A stretch of 64,000 bases of DNA from Schizochytrium sp. TIO01 (taxonomy: Eukaryota > Protista > Bigyra: Labyrinthulomycetes). Of this stretch, positions 1-13,334 are shown one piece after another. Under the pieces are notes generated by a model that made no database searches, was not told where the DNA came from, and was given only the letters and a program-made list of their open reading frames with translations. The stretch covers positions 4,256,862 through 4,320,861 of the forward strand of contig SMSO01000025.1 of NCBI GenBank assembly GCA_004764695.1. The letters run 5' to 3'. Both the position numbers and the translations under genes were made by a program. The stretch's first letter is position 1, and every line of letters starts with the position of its first letter.

Positions 1-213
1 GCAGCGGCAGCGCTCTTGCTCCCCTCCACACCCACTCCGCCTGTCTGCTCCTGCCTCCATGCCCTATTGCAGGCGCGACTCGAGGCGCCATGAGCGCTCT
101 TTGCTCTGATGTCTGTTTTCTGTTTTTCTTGTTTCTCTCTATATCTCTTTGATATTCGGTTTTCTTCTGTCGGTCGGATCTCTTTTGCTCTCTTCTTCTC
201 TTTCTCCTTTTCT

Positions 214-865
214 CATCGCAGCCCTGTTGCGTGGGTCTCTCGCGAGTTGTATGGATCGATCCCACGGCGGCTAGGCACGATACGCTCGCTGGTCTCTCGG
301 GCTTTCTTTTACATCAGCGTGTTTCTCCTGTTAAAAAAAATAAAATAAAAATGGTGGGGCTCGGCGTCGGCAACTCACTCCCCTGCAGATTTGACCAAAC
401 AGGCGATGTATTATCTATCAATTTGCTGCTGTGGTCTTCATCATTGCCGTCTTCTGTCGTGGATGCCGCTGTGCTGCTTGGGTGCGAAAGAGTGATTTGA
501 GAAACCTGTTTTCCTGTTGGCAAGTGGATATTTCTTAGGACGTGCGTGCTTCATCACTTGATTGTGGATGCCATTGCAGCGCAGGTTGCGATGGATCTGT
601 GCCATCGATCTGGCCACCTTGGTCTCCCGGGCCTCTACAGAATACCCTCAACAACAACAGATTCTCCGGATGTTCCTTTTCTTTTTTGCCAGTTGAATGG
701 TGCTTGATGTTTTCGTTGTTGCTTCATTATTGGTTCTTTTTCTCACTCAACATTGAGAAATGTTACTACGAACATGATCTTCACTGTAAAACATGGAAAA
801 GGGGAGTTGCCAAACCTAGGTTTGAATTTGTCCTCACTCCCAGTTCATTGGCACTCCGCCGATAG
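214..865 (+). pseudogene. Eroded ankyrin-repeat-like coding relic
   Basis: HRSPVAWVSR (214), SVVDAAVLLGCERVI (453), VLTPSSLALRR (830) fit the ankyrin register. Confidence 0.4.
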
Positions 866-1175
866 ATGGCGTCCTTGATTATATAATACGAAGGAAGGCC
901 GCACTTATCATTCTATTCAACACGAAGATAGTGAAGCAATAAATAGAGGTATTGAGGTAGTTGAGCTGCCGGCCGATAATCACTTTCACTTATTGTAGAG
1001 TTATTTCGCCACGAGCGAGGGAAGTCGTTGTGTACACACATTTTTAATGCGTTCTGTGAACATGGCTCGGTTCTTATCACAAGAGAGTAGAAACAACAGG
1101 ATCATAGATAGAAAGGCAGATGCAAAAGAAACAGAGGGTGTAGAGGAAGAGGAAAGCCTTGAGTTCTTGCCTTAA

Positions 1176-1724
<549 letters not shown>

Positions 1725-2612
1725 ACGACCTTATCGCGCTCTAATACAACACAACTCCAGAGATCCAGCAAACGTGTCAACCAATTCGAACATTTTTTTT
1801 TTACTTTTCTACTTTCTCTCTTCTATTTGTTATTTTGGAATTTGTTTAAGGAATGTGAAACTGCGCACTATGTGTAAAAACAAAATTGGACTTTGGACAA
1901 GTTTTTGTTTTTTGTATTCCACTAAATAAATCCCAACTTGATAGAGACTTCTAGCCTGGGCTGATTCTTGTATTAAACGGAATAAGAGTACTTCCGTCTT
2001 AAGCGAAGATACACCAAATTATTGAGGCTTGACTTAACAACTTTCAATCAATCTACTTTTAGATGGTTCTCTTCTCTTCTCATTGTGAAGATTGGTGGTG
2101 TAGCACCTCTCTTTTCCAACTATCAGATTTTGATTTTTTCAAATAACTTGTAAAATGATCATCTCCGTAGGTAGACACTCTTGGCCTGGACAGCCTAAGA
2201 CATTTATGAGATGCGCATTGCTATTTGCACCCTCACTACTACGATGCTAGTCATGACGCAATGAAAAAAAAAAAGTAAAAAAGAGAACCTTAATTAAAGA
2301 TTGAACGTTGAAGAATCATAGGTTTAATACCCCTCCCTGCAGAAATATCAGCCTTGTTCAGAAAATTATATATTCATTAAAATGGTACCACAATAAAGGC
2401 GCGCTTCAGTGTTTGTACATATTTGCCCGTAAAATAGAAATGTGGGGCCCAAATTACTTCGGGCGTCCGGAGTATGACGTCGAATAAACTCGAGATTACT
2501 TCATTTAGTAGCATAGTTAAATTTCTATATGGTAGCAGAAAGAGAGCGAGCGAATTAGCGAGTCTGCTTCTTACCTCTATGAATAACCTATTAACTGTAG
2601 TGGGTGGAATCA

Positions 2613-3965
2613 TCAACCTCCATTTTGGCCTTCAATGTCATGATGGGTTGTGTTGTCTGCAACTCTCAACGCGTTCCTCTCGCTGTCGTCTCTAGCGCTG
2701 ATTATGGGGAAAACCTGGCCTTTTGAAATTGATGACGAGCTCGATTCATTCTGCACATTCGCAATCGAAGCGGAGAATGCAACTTTTGATGTTTCTGTGA
2801 GACCATCTGGACGTAGGCGAGCTACCTTTGCAATGGGGGCACGACATAGAGGACAAATCTTGCTTTTCACCATCTCCTTGCAACATGTTTCACAAAAGCT
2901 TCCATGGCCACAATCTAAGAGAATGAATTCTACCCCTTCTTCTGCGCAGCAAATTAAACACTCAGCGACCGTATCTGACATCGGAGGTTGTCCAGCTGCA
3001 TATGGCACAACGGCAGTGCGCAAAGAATTTGTTGACCGTTGCAAACGGCAGAAAAGATTCTGACTTAAACGGAGGAAATATTCATCTGGATTCATGGCGA
3101 AGAACTCTAGAGATTTTGCAAGCTTGGTTTCAGCAGCCTCTGCATTTTGTTCGCGTTCCTGGCGTCGGGCAGCCATGTCAATTTCGTGCTTTGTGAGATA
3201 ATGAGAGAATAAACTGAAACCTACGGGCAGAAATACTTCCGCAACTAACAATGGAATAGCAACAGGCAGAAATGATGGCTCGGAACCATTGTTAAGGTAC
3301 TCAACGAACTTCACAAGAGCAATGCAAAAAACACTTAATCCAGCAGCTGCGCTAATGCAGGCAATTTGATATGCTTTTCGTTTGTTCGGTAGGTTTTCCA
3401 TGAAGGTCAGCTGGGTTGCGAGCAGCAGTACGAAGATGGAAAAGCCAGCTAAATTTAGCCACAGCGGAGTAAATATTACACCCCAGCTTAATTCAGACAT
3501 CCCATCAAGTTTGAAAGCAATAGGGACGGCATAAATAAAGTTTGGGTCAAATGGTGGACCAGTACGGGGCTTTTTTAAAAGAAAAAAGACAAAACTGAGC
3601 AGTGAACTTGTCCAAATTGGGGTAAATTGGGTCATATATGATGTATTGGGTGCAAGCACAAGCACTATTTTCAGCACTGCAGAGCAGATCTCGCGACAGA
3701 CTCTATTGATACGTCCCAAGGTATCGTTTCTATAGACCTTTACCCACGTTTCGAATGGTATGAAGTCAAGTAGTTTAAGTCTCCTGAGGAGCGAACGCAC
3801 TTCGACGCTCACCCTCAAAATATTACTGAGCCACAAAGGTGCAAGAACAACAGCCCAAGGTATTCTCATACTATCGTTGTAGTCAAGTTTGAGCCATAAA
3901 AGGATTGTGAAGATTATGGTATCGAGTATTTCGAGGCAGTCAATATACGGTAGATACCACGGCAT
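2613..3965 (-). CDS. TMEM185/fragile-X-F-like multi-pass membrane protein with C-terminal RING-HC finger (putative membrane E3 ligase)
   Basis: Repeated LKLD...W.VV/IF.PLW TM motifs; RING CLICC...CGH..FCETC...CPLCR. First ATG 3965 (ORF track starts at GTG 3974). Confidence 0.85.
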   Translation of the reverse strand: MPWYLPYIDCLEILDTIIFTILLWLKLDYNDSMRIPWAVVLAPLWLSNILRVSVEVRSLLRRLKLLDFIPFETWVKVYRNDTLGRINRVCREICSAVLKIVLVLAPNTSYMTQFTPIWTSSLLSFVFFLLKKPRTGPPFDPNFIYAVPIAFKLDGMSELSWGVIFTPLWLNLAGFSIFVLLLATQLTFMENLPNKRKAYQIACISAAAGLSVFCIALVKFVEYLNNGSEPSFLPVAIPLLVAEVFLPVGFSLFSHYLTKHEIDMAARRQEREQNAEAAETKLAKSLEFFAMNPDEYFLRLSQNLFCRLQRSTNSLRTAVVPYAAGQPPMSDTVAECLICCAEEGVEFILLDCGHGSFCETCCKEMVKSKICPLCRAPIAKVARLRPDGLTETSKVAFSASIANVQNESSSSSISKGQVFPIISARDDSERNALRVADNTTHHDIEGQNGG

Positions 3966-5009
3966 GGTGGCCACGGACTGTTTTTAAATCCAGTTTGAGA
4001 GCGCCTAGCACTTTAAACGATGTAAAACTGTCTCAACACCCTATTAGACTTTAGTGTTTGTGTGATTGAAGTTAGATCCCCTGGTTTGAGCGTTTGCGTC
4101 TTCCCCTCTCACGACCTTGTCTCGAGATTTGATGGGCTCACAAGGCAGCAAGTCGAGCGCCCGGCGAAATCAGATATGAATGAGTGTTGCCCAAATCAGC
4201 TCTGGGCCTTATAAAGGGTTTTGCGTATGTTTAAGATCCTTTCTTGGCAACGTTCTATCAGTGATAAAATAGAAAGAAAGGATGATCAAACACGATTGTG
4301 TGCCACAAAGACACCCGCTGATCTCCTTTGCTACCGTTGAGCTAAACTACTTTATTCTTGTCAGTTTGGGACTTTATGAACGTTACAACCTGCATGTGTC
4401 AAAGTGTGCGAAATTCCATCGAGAGTTCTCATCAGCTCACCATATGGTATGGACTATGAACCAGTGGTGACTCCTTGTTCGGATGCATCATCTTCGAGTA
4501 CCCCCCTCCCTCCAATGTCTACATTTGCTTGTTAATGTCTTAGCCTAGATCGGCCTTCTCTCTTGGAGATGACTAGGACCTTGCAGCCGAGCAGATACTG
4601 CTGAACGTGGGTCGTGTTGAAGTAGGACTATTTGTATTAAAATCTCAATAATTCATGAACTCGATTACCTATTTAATATTTCAACACTGTTCCCAGGTCT
4701 ACAATTGAATAAAGCTAATATTTGCTTTATTCACAAAATACCTACCTAAGCTGAAATAGAACTTTCGGTTGTTCTGAGTCGCGTGTTGCGTATCCCCGTG
4801 CAGCCCAAATCCGGCCTCTGTCGACCCAACGGATAGCACTGAGCATTTTTTCCCTTCTTCTCAGCCTATCATATCATATGTAATTTTACTTAATTAAAAA
4901 ACAATTAAACAAAATTGAATTTTATATATAATAAGAAATTCTCCTTCTAAAGTCCCGCCACTTTCAAAATCCCCATTGCGTAGAGTGCGACTATGTGAAG
5001 GGTTGTCTT

Positions 5010-5850
5010 TAGTCTGCCAACGATGAATCATTTTGTTTACCCATGTATTACTCATATTGCTTCTATGCTTTTGGCAATGGATCTTTAGTTTTCACACAGC
5101 TTGGCGCTCAGCAATTATTATTGAGGGTACTGCTTGTCAGCAAACAAGGTCAAACAACTCCTTGCACACTTACCCTCATACTACCCGAGCACGAATGATC
5201 AGAACTCCAGGTGCATTGAATATAGATATGAAAGGTTGGGATTCTAAAATTACCACTACCTCAAATTAGATTTGGTTTCGTTTTGTCCCTTTCCCTTCTG
5301 TCCTGTCTGGTCTGCTTGGGCCTTTTGAAAATTTTAAAGCGATTGCGAAACCATATCAACTTAAAAAAGCAAAAGCTATGATGATGAAGGAGTCACCAGC
5401 TCTCACGCTATCTTCTTTTTCTTTTTCATAATCGTGGGCGAAATAATTTCATGCTAAATTCCATGATCTAAGCATTCATGTATTATTTGAAAAGGTACCG
5501 TATCCAAAGATTACTCCCTCACTTACATAGGTTGATTGATCAACATACGAAACGAAGTTTCACGGCGAACCTATAATTCACATTGATAATCAGTAATTAC
5601 TTGTCTGGGTCGCTACCAATTAAAGTGACACAAAATTATTAGTAAATGTTCCAGTGCACCAAACTCCCTTAAATCTCAACCAGGCGATTAATAGCCTCAC
5701 AGAAAGAAGCGCATCATCTATTCCGGCATTGCATTATAATACAATCTGACCTTGTTTTGGTGTACCATTCCCTGCACCTCCCCCCCAAGAGTAGAGGCAT
5801 TTTCCGGGCCACGTCTCTTTGGAGCCCTCTTCCACGTGCCGGCCCAACGG
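5010..5850 (+). pseudogene. Eroded ankyrin-repeat coding relic
   Basis: KQGQTTP/LH (5142), DDEGVTSSH (5380), LINIRNE/FHGEPIIHI (5536), PALHY (5723), LFGALFHVPAQR (5815). Confidence 0.55.
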
Positions 5851-6775
5851 ATCTTCACGATACGACCGCGACATCAAAAAGGGTCTATAAAACAACTAAT
5901 AAATAGTTTCCTTCGTACGTATGTATTTATACCTTTCACGGCCCTCAACAGTCGAAGACTTCGCTTCGGCTCTCGGGGTCCGCTGTAAGGCCCGTTGGAG
6001 CTCGCCAAGAGGCCAGCTGGCCAGCCCGCTCCTCCATGGTCCTGGCCAATGATTGGTGCGCTTGAAGTCAGCCTGGTCGGCTTCTGCAATGGTTATGGTA
6101 CTTGGCCATGGTACTTTGGTTGAGCTGTTTAGTGAGTTATTTATTTCTTCATTTTTCATTCATTGTACACACACATGCGCGTTCCAATCGAGCAAAAGGA
6201 ACACCGCCGAAAAGAAGAACAGTGATCTAACAAGTAGCAGCACCTGCTGACTCGTGAAGACTATTGTGAGCGCCGTCGAGCTCCAAAGGTCAGGCTTCAA
6301 GGCTCGAAGGGGTGCAGCCGTGGCGTGGAGGCCCCCTTCCCGTCACGGCTTCTGCCTGCTGCAGAGCGGGTCTCGCGAAGGCCCTCCGAGTATCCTAATT
6401 TGTTCCTCTGAGAGCACGAACTTGAGATTAATTGAGAGGCTTTTGGGTACTATAGTGACATGGTACCCAATGAAAAGTGTGTGTATGTGTGCACAGACGA
6501 GAACTTTGAAGAGACTACATTTCTTCAAGTTGGCCTCGAAATCTTCGTTCGCGTGGAGACAAGAAACTCACTCATGGGCCCTCGTCGAGGCCGCGATTGC
6601 GTCTGTAAATAACAGGATAATTAGTCGAAGCACGAGGCGTCCTCTAGTGCAGACGCGATGAACGGCTCATCTCGTGGCTTCGTCTTGCAGGGCGGCATTG
6701 GTTGAGGAGTTTCTTTTGACCCCATGCGCTGATGTGTCTTTCAATTTTTCAATTTTTAAAGGTTTCGCAACTTGT

Positions 6776-6777
6776 GA

Positions 6778-6857
<80 letters not shown>
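6776..6857. repeat. (GAAA)n microsatellite, about 20 units
   Basis: Directly visible. Confidence 0.97.
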
Positions 6858-7741
6858 CTTCGAAGGTGAACAGATAAGGTAAAGTGAAAAGAAATATTCC
6901 ACGCAATCTTCGCTGATAGAGAGATCCTACTGGTATCTCTAGTACTATGTATGTTTAAAATGGTGGAAAATGATTAAATAGATTCATAGTCTTAGAATTA
7001 ATGCGATAAATGAAATGCTCAAAAGTAGAATGAAGAGAGACAGAAAAGAGAGAGATAAAGACAATTGAACGCGATCAACGCGGAAATCTGCGGCCCTTCA
7101 GTCCTCGTTCGTCCGCCTGCAAAGACGCCGCCGCCGCCGCCGCCGAGGCCTCGAGGGCGCTAGGCCAGCGACGGCGACGTGTTTGGTGCGTGGTAGCTGG
7201 TGGAGCGGCCCCGAGCGAGCTGCAAAGTGGCATCACGAGCAAGCGGAGTCGAGGAGCCGTTCGAAGGCTGGTTTCCACGCGTCTCATCAACGACTCACCG
7301 AAGAAACAAACTACGCTCTTGTAGACCACCTTGTGCAGCTCAGGGATTTACAGTAACGCATGCTGCCGCTGGCAAGGCTGGCTAGGTGTCTTGAATTCGT
7401 CCTGGAGAAGCACGCGTCAGCAGAACCTGACTTGGGCTGACCTGGCACTCTTCTGCACAGGGTTCACAATTAGCAACTTCGTAAACACATCGAAAGACTA
7501 GATATATATATCCCTTCAATTCACGGGTTAATTTTTTCAGTAGTGAGAAATCTGCAAAGGTGTCTCTGCAAAGGGTGCAGCTCCAGCAGTTGCTACAATT
7601 TTTTCACAAAGAATCGCAGTATCCACTGCAAAAAACGTCCGACCGACTGCGTGCAACCAATATTTGAGATCCTCGAGATTACAGTGGATTCTTTGGAATT
7701 GAAATAGATTAAAGAGGCCTTATTTTTAGGGGAAAGAAGCC

Positions 7742-9529
7742 ATGGGTGCCCATGAGGAGCCCAAAACAAGCACGAGCGAGGCAACAATAGCACCCTCGCA
7801 GAAACCAAGCCCTGTGCTCTCTCTTGGAACAGCAGTGCTAACTGCCTCGCAAGACTTAGCTGGGGGAGGCCTTGTGGTCAAATCTGATTCTAGCAGAGCT
7901 TTTCGGAGGAGTAATTTAGATGAAGAGTTGAACAATGATAAAACAGTTGTGTCAGAAACCACCATTTGTGTTCCAAATAATGGAGAGAAGGACAGTGCTG
8001 GTGTTGCGCAAGAGAGGATCACACTTGAGGGTGCCAAAGATGAAGTAGGCCATAAAGTTGAGAATCTGTGTGACAACTATGCTGCTGAAAACGATGAGGA
8101 CGAGGATGAAAACGAGAATGAAAACGAGAATGAAAACGAGGACGAGGATGAAGATATTGAGAGTGAAGCAAAGGATGCTCCTCTTTCACCTGTAGCATCA
8201 ATATTGACTACTCCAGATAATGATGTGGTGCCTGCGAAGAACACAACCACAATTTCTGGAACACCTGCGCCCAGTATTGCTAAGGTTGCAACCAGTGTTT
8301 CAGTTCCTATCGTAGTGGACAGTGAAATATCTGTGTCATCCGATCTCGACAAGGCAGCTCCTTCAAAATCATTGCCCTCACAGAGGCCTTCAACAAGGGA
8401 TTCTGAGGATGACTCTGAAGAAGACACAAGTGTGATGGCTGGGATTCTTCAGGGACATCTCGACCGCTATGGATTCGCAACCATGGACCCGAACAGACCA
8501 AACGGCACATCAGCGATTTCTATGGCACGTACTCGTCAAACATATGTATCCAAGGTGGAAACCTCACGCCAACGAAGGCAACGTGTTCGCCTTGAAAATC
8601 TTCGAGCACGCAAGTGGCTTCGTATGCTTGACAAGTGGAAGGAACAACTCACGAAGAAGAGGGCAAGGCTGGACAGGAGGGTGCGAAAAGGTGTGCCAGA
8701 TTGTTTTAGAGATAAGGCGTGGCCTCTATTGGTTGAGGAAGCTCTAAAAAAGAAAGGTGTTGCACCGCCAGGTTCAGCACGCCCCTCTGTACTTCGACTT
8801 GAAACAACACCAAGCTTTGAGGAGCTGCTTGCTCTCACCAACAGGAGTAGTGACGCAGAAATGGAAAAGATTCGGGAATGTATCTATCGAGATGTTGGAC
8901 GGACCTTCCCACGACACGTAATTTTCTTGCGTCGCGGTGGCGTTGGCCAATCTGCTTTAACAAACGTTCTCCGTGCGTATGCATCGCTTGACAAAGAGGT
9001 CGGCTACTGCCAGGGCATGGGATTCTTGGTTGGATTTCTTCTTGGTTATCTCCCTGAGCGAAAAGCCTTCGAAGTGCTTCGTGCTTTGATGTTATCAAGT
9101 CCGTGGAGTATGTGCGAACTATACAAACCAGGCATGCCGGGCTCTCAGCTCATTCTAGCTCAATTCGAGGAGCTTCTTAAGCGTTACGTTCCTGATGTCG
9201 CTAAACATCTCGATAAAGAATTGATTGTGCCAAGCATGTATGCTACACAATGGTTTATAACAGTTTTTACCTATAACTTCCCTTTCGACGTAGTCGTGCG
9301 CGTTTGGGATATCTTTCTTTTCGATGGCTGGTGTATTGTTCACCAAGTGGCTCTCGCCATTCTTAAGGTGAATCGCAAGGCCCTTTTATCGCGTAAATTC
9401 GAGCAAATTCTTGAGTACTTTCGAGACATACCACCAACCCTCGATCCTCAAGAAGTCCTCTCCGTAGCTCTTACAATACCAGTTACAGAGAAGGAAATTT
9501 CTTCTATCACAAAGACTATGCCTCGATAA
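7742..9529 (+). CDS. TBC-domain Rab GTPase-activating protein with acidic disordered N-terminus
   Basis: KGVPDCFR.W, Arg finger IYRDVGRTFP, Gln finger GYCQGM, YATQWFITVF, RVWDIFL. Confidence 0.95.
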   Translation: MGAHEEPKTSTSEATIAPSQKPSPVLSLGTAVLTASQDLAGGGLVVKSDSSRAFRRSNLDEELNNDKTVVSETTICVPNNGEKDSAGVAQERITLEGAKDEVGHKVENLCDNYAAENDEDEDENENENENENEDEDEDIESEAKDAPLSPVASILTTPDNDVVPAKNTTTISGTPAPSIAKVATSVSVPIVVDSEISVSSDLDKAAPSKSLPSQRPSTRDSEDDSEEDTSVMAGILQGHLDRYGFATMDPNRPNGTSAISMARTRQTYVSKVETSRQRRQRVRLENLRARKWLRMLDKWKEQLTKKRARLDRRVRKGVPDCFRDKAWPLLVEEALKKKGVAPPGSARPSVLRLETTPSFEELLALTNRSSDAEMEKIRECIYRDVGRTFPRHVIFLRRGGVGQSALTNVLRAYASLDKEVGYCQGMGFLVGFLLGYLPERKAFEVLRALMLSSPWSMCELYKPGMPGSQLILAQFEELLKRYVPDVAKHLDKELIVPSMYATQWFITVFTYNFPFDVVVRVWDIFLFDGWCIVHQVALAILKVNRKALLSRKFEQILEYFRDIPPTLDPQEVLSVALTIPVTEKEISSITKTMPR

Positions 9530-10174
9530 TTTCTCGTCGCTAATTGCACCTATTCCGCATGTTATTTCGCTATTCGGACCGCTACTGCCGCTCCTGCTCT
9601 TACCTCCGTGTTACCGGTTCTTTTTATAGAATCTTCCTCAGTCTTATTTCCCTTTGATTTTAGAATTTGTACGGCGACTGACGTTTTTCTTTGGATATAG
9701 CTCCTCTGAAATACTGGCACGTCTCTATCTGATACATCGCTCCTGTTTATTGTCGGCAACAGGTCTTTACTGCAAACCTAAATTTACTGCCTACCTGTAA
9801 ATCAACTGTCACGGTAGTTTCTTTTGTAGAAAACTTTTTTAAATAAATTTATGAATTTATCTTTTGTCCGAAGGTCAATTCACTCAACATTTCTAAAAGT
9901 TATTGCACTGAGTCGTGTTATATGGTTGAGAGCAAGAAATGGAGCGAAGCCGAATTTTTGAGGTGGCAATATGATGCTCTCTTTCTTGTGTACAACTGAT
10001 AGAAATAAAAACAAAAGTCAAACGTTGCTAATGACTGTGCCTTAGGCAAGTTATTGTTCTTTTTTAATTTGAATAAAAAGGAATAAGAATAGAAAAGAAT
10101 AGAAAAGAAAAGAAAAGAAAAGAAAAGAAGCAATCATTAGGGTTATTGCATCGAAGTAAATTATTAAAACGATC

Positions 10175-11710
10175 AGCTGGAGAATTCTTATCCACGCGGC
10201 AGTTGTTTTTCAACTTGAAATCGGAGACCAAATTGTCTGGCTCGCAACCCATAACTTCTACTACAAATAACGCTTATAATGAATAACAGCAAACGCATTC
10301 CTTTCTTTCTTACTCTTCCTTCTTCTCGATATAAGGGGGGCTTTGGCAACGGAAGCGGCTCTCTAACTACTACACATACGTTTGTCACAATGGTCACGAT
10401 TGACAGCGTCTAATGTCTGCCTTCACTTCTATATAGTTACATCATCCTAGCGCATATTCGAATCCTCAGTTTGGCTCATACCTACTTCAAGAAAATAATA
10501 GCTTTAAAGTCACCCAGCTACTGAGTACACAGGACGCTGACGCATAACAACTAATGCAGAAAAATGTGACCAAAACTTTCATCCACTGGAAGCCTTCATG
10601 TACCTCTTCCTCACATTATCGAATAGTATCCATGAATAGATTCCGAATCAAACTGATCCTCCCTGAAGGAATATTAGAACACCCGTCTTACTGGTTAGCT
10701 TTAGCTTCACTATAAGCACAACATGAATCTATATTACGCAAGCTGAGCTGACTCATTTACAAGGACTGTTAAATTTCGGTTCGTTAGCGTCCCTGTTACA
10801 CTGCCACAATAGATCTTTCGTACCTACTTTGCTGCTCATACACTTTCTTGCTTTCGTTTGTCTGTTTGAATGTTACGCATATTTTCCTGTAACTCCCATT
10901 TTTCATAGCGGATTTGCTTCTTGTACCATTCTGTGTTGGGGTAATAGCTACCGACAAATCACATGCACAACGCTGTGCTGTATGTCGCTGTATACCTAAT
11001 ACACTCAATTGCGCGCATCATTTAAAGATAATGAGCCCTCTGTTCCTTTTCATATCACCTCTCTCACCAACGCAAGGCAAACCTGCTGGGAGAAATCTCT
11101 AGCTACATGTTGCTTACAAAGTAATTTGCGCATCTCAGAACAGCCTGCTCTCCTATTTACGGCCTCAGTATTTTAAAGCACGAGCAATCAAATCCATGTT
11201 TTAAAAACTGATAGTGCGCCGTTGCTTCTCTTTTCACTTCTTTTCTTTGGCACCAAAGTGAGCACAGCAGGCTCTTTAAAATCGGAAAAACGAGAACAGG
11301 GTTTTGTGCTTAAAATCCACCTAAACTCGAACAAAGACCAAACTAACCACCTGGTTGTTGCAACGTTCCGTGGTCATAACAGCACAACTTTAGCACGCTT
11401 GTCAATGAGCAGCATACTCATTCAGCGCAGAGTTGGAGTTCGACACCGTTGATAACTAGTTGGAAATGTCTCTAGCCCGCGTAGGTCCAGATAGACCTCT
11501 TCATACAACGGCTCTTCCAAATCACGATCATGAAGGCCAAAAAAACAGAGTAACAGAACAATTGAGGAACAAAGACGCACTTTCCACTTTCCACGTTTCT
11601 CCTTGGTTCAACTGTTCATATCAAACACAAGCATGTACGAAGACAAGCCGCGCCTTCTCTGTCTCATCGGCACTGCAGCAGTGACAATCTCACCATTGTG
11701 CATACCACTC
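10175..11710 (+). pseudogene. Eroded multi-repeat ankyrin coding relic (clearest block)
   Basis: WRILIHAAVVFQLEI, NNSKRIPFFL, LLH/YVCHNGH/IDSV*CL, KTFIHW, RTPVLLVS, AGRNL*LHVA, NKDQTNHLVVATFRGH, DRPLHTTA, RNKDALSTFHVS. Confidence 0.7.
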
Positions 11711-13334
11711 TTCTTCCGACTAAAACGAACACGGATTGGAACTAGTTTTTACATCTTTTTATATATAACTTGCTTCATGAAAACTAAAACAAAGAGACTG
11801 GCATTGTTCCGAGTAAATAAGAGGCACCTGTGTCTCTGTTCTACCAGGTACTACTGCAATGTATTTTGGTCTTCAACCCCCCATCCCCCCCCCCGAAATG
11901 TAGGTCTATAATCGACGTTCGTATGGCTAACAGGTGATATTAGTATATACAATTCGCTACACATGCTGCCAACTTATAACTCTGAAGCAGCATGGTGCGC
12001 CCGTTTAGTACTTTTACGGTGGACGGAACGGAAGACATTGTGTTGGTCCGCGCGCCTCTCAAAGATAAATGTGTTGTACTTTAGTAGGTAGTTTTAGTTA
12101 AGCTGGAGGCTTACCAGGAAGACTTGAGGGGTGCAAAACGGCCATAATGCGCTTCACTGGCAGGTTCGAGCATCGCTTGTTCAAGGAGTTTCCACTCTCA
12201 CAAACAAACCAGCGAGACCAAGGTCCGGCTCCTTCCGGTTTGAAATAAGGATGGGGCTGAATACCTAAATGAAACGCCTGGCGTTGAGAGTTCTGAACAA
12301 CGCAGCGAACCAGCAAAAATTTGCCATATGATGTACCGATTAGATTGTCCAGAAGCGTTGCACTTTCATATTGTGGTGTTTGCTCCCTTGATCCATGGTG
12401 CATCTTTAATGCTTAAACAGCACAAAATATAAGTCGCGTCCATAGAACTACAGCCGCAAATTGAAGGAAGAAGGCAATAGCACATCGCTCGAAAGACCAG
12501 TAAAGCGCGTAGGTGGCGAATAGATTGAAAAGATCTATATCAACATAAAAAGGTAGGAGAAAAGAAAATAGATTGTGTACAAATTTCAAGTATGTCACTC
12601 CTTTACATTCTTACTGAGCTCCCTAAATATTCGCAACCTTGTGTATTGAATTATCTCATCACCACTTCGGAAAAGACTATTTGAGTTTGCTTGAGGAAGA
12701 AGAAAACATATATCAAAGCTATAAGATAGCTTAAACCTGATTCATTTTTATACCACGTAGAAATTGTACCTAATGCACTACAGTGTGGATGGGGAATAAA
12801 TAAAAAAGAAAATAAAACAAAAATCAAGTTTCCAGTTCTCGACAGCTGTCTCTCCCAGAAGGCTTCCGCTGCAAATAAATGTCGGCATGGAGTCTGTTGA
12901 TATGCTAGTGTTATTTTAGCTGAAGCTATTCAATCGATTGGTACCGCGCGGCTCGTCAGTGGGTCCAAATTACTCGATAGATTTTTTAGTCGTAAAGTTT
13001 TTAAAGTTTTTAATTTTGTTTAAATTACTAAACAAAAACACTTTCTTTTCTTTCCTAGAGGCAATGATTCCGTTACAAAGTAATACTTTCAAGCTAGCTC
13101 TACAGGAGATGTGCCAATAAATTATCATGGGCCACTGTGCAAGGTTTTACGAGAGTCTCGAAACCAAAAGGAGGGACTTAAAGTAATTCTCACTAAAAAG
13201 AGAAGAAAAAGTATTAATAGAGAACATTGTATATCTGGATAGGAAAAGGAAATTCAGATCACCACGAAGAACAATACCTTTACTTCGAAAATCCTCTTAT
13301 CATAGGTTGCTATATAAGAAGATTTATTCGAAAA

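Noticed and set aside
1-91. Possible 5' end of a minus-strand gene leaving the window (ATG at 91)
   Set aside because: Only 30 codons visible and no homology evidence
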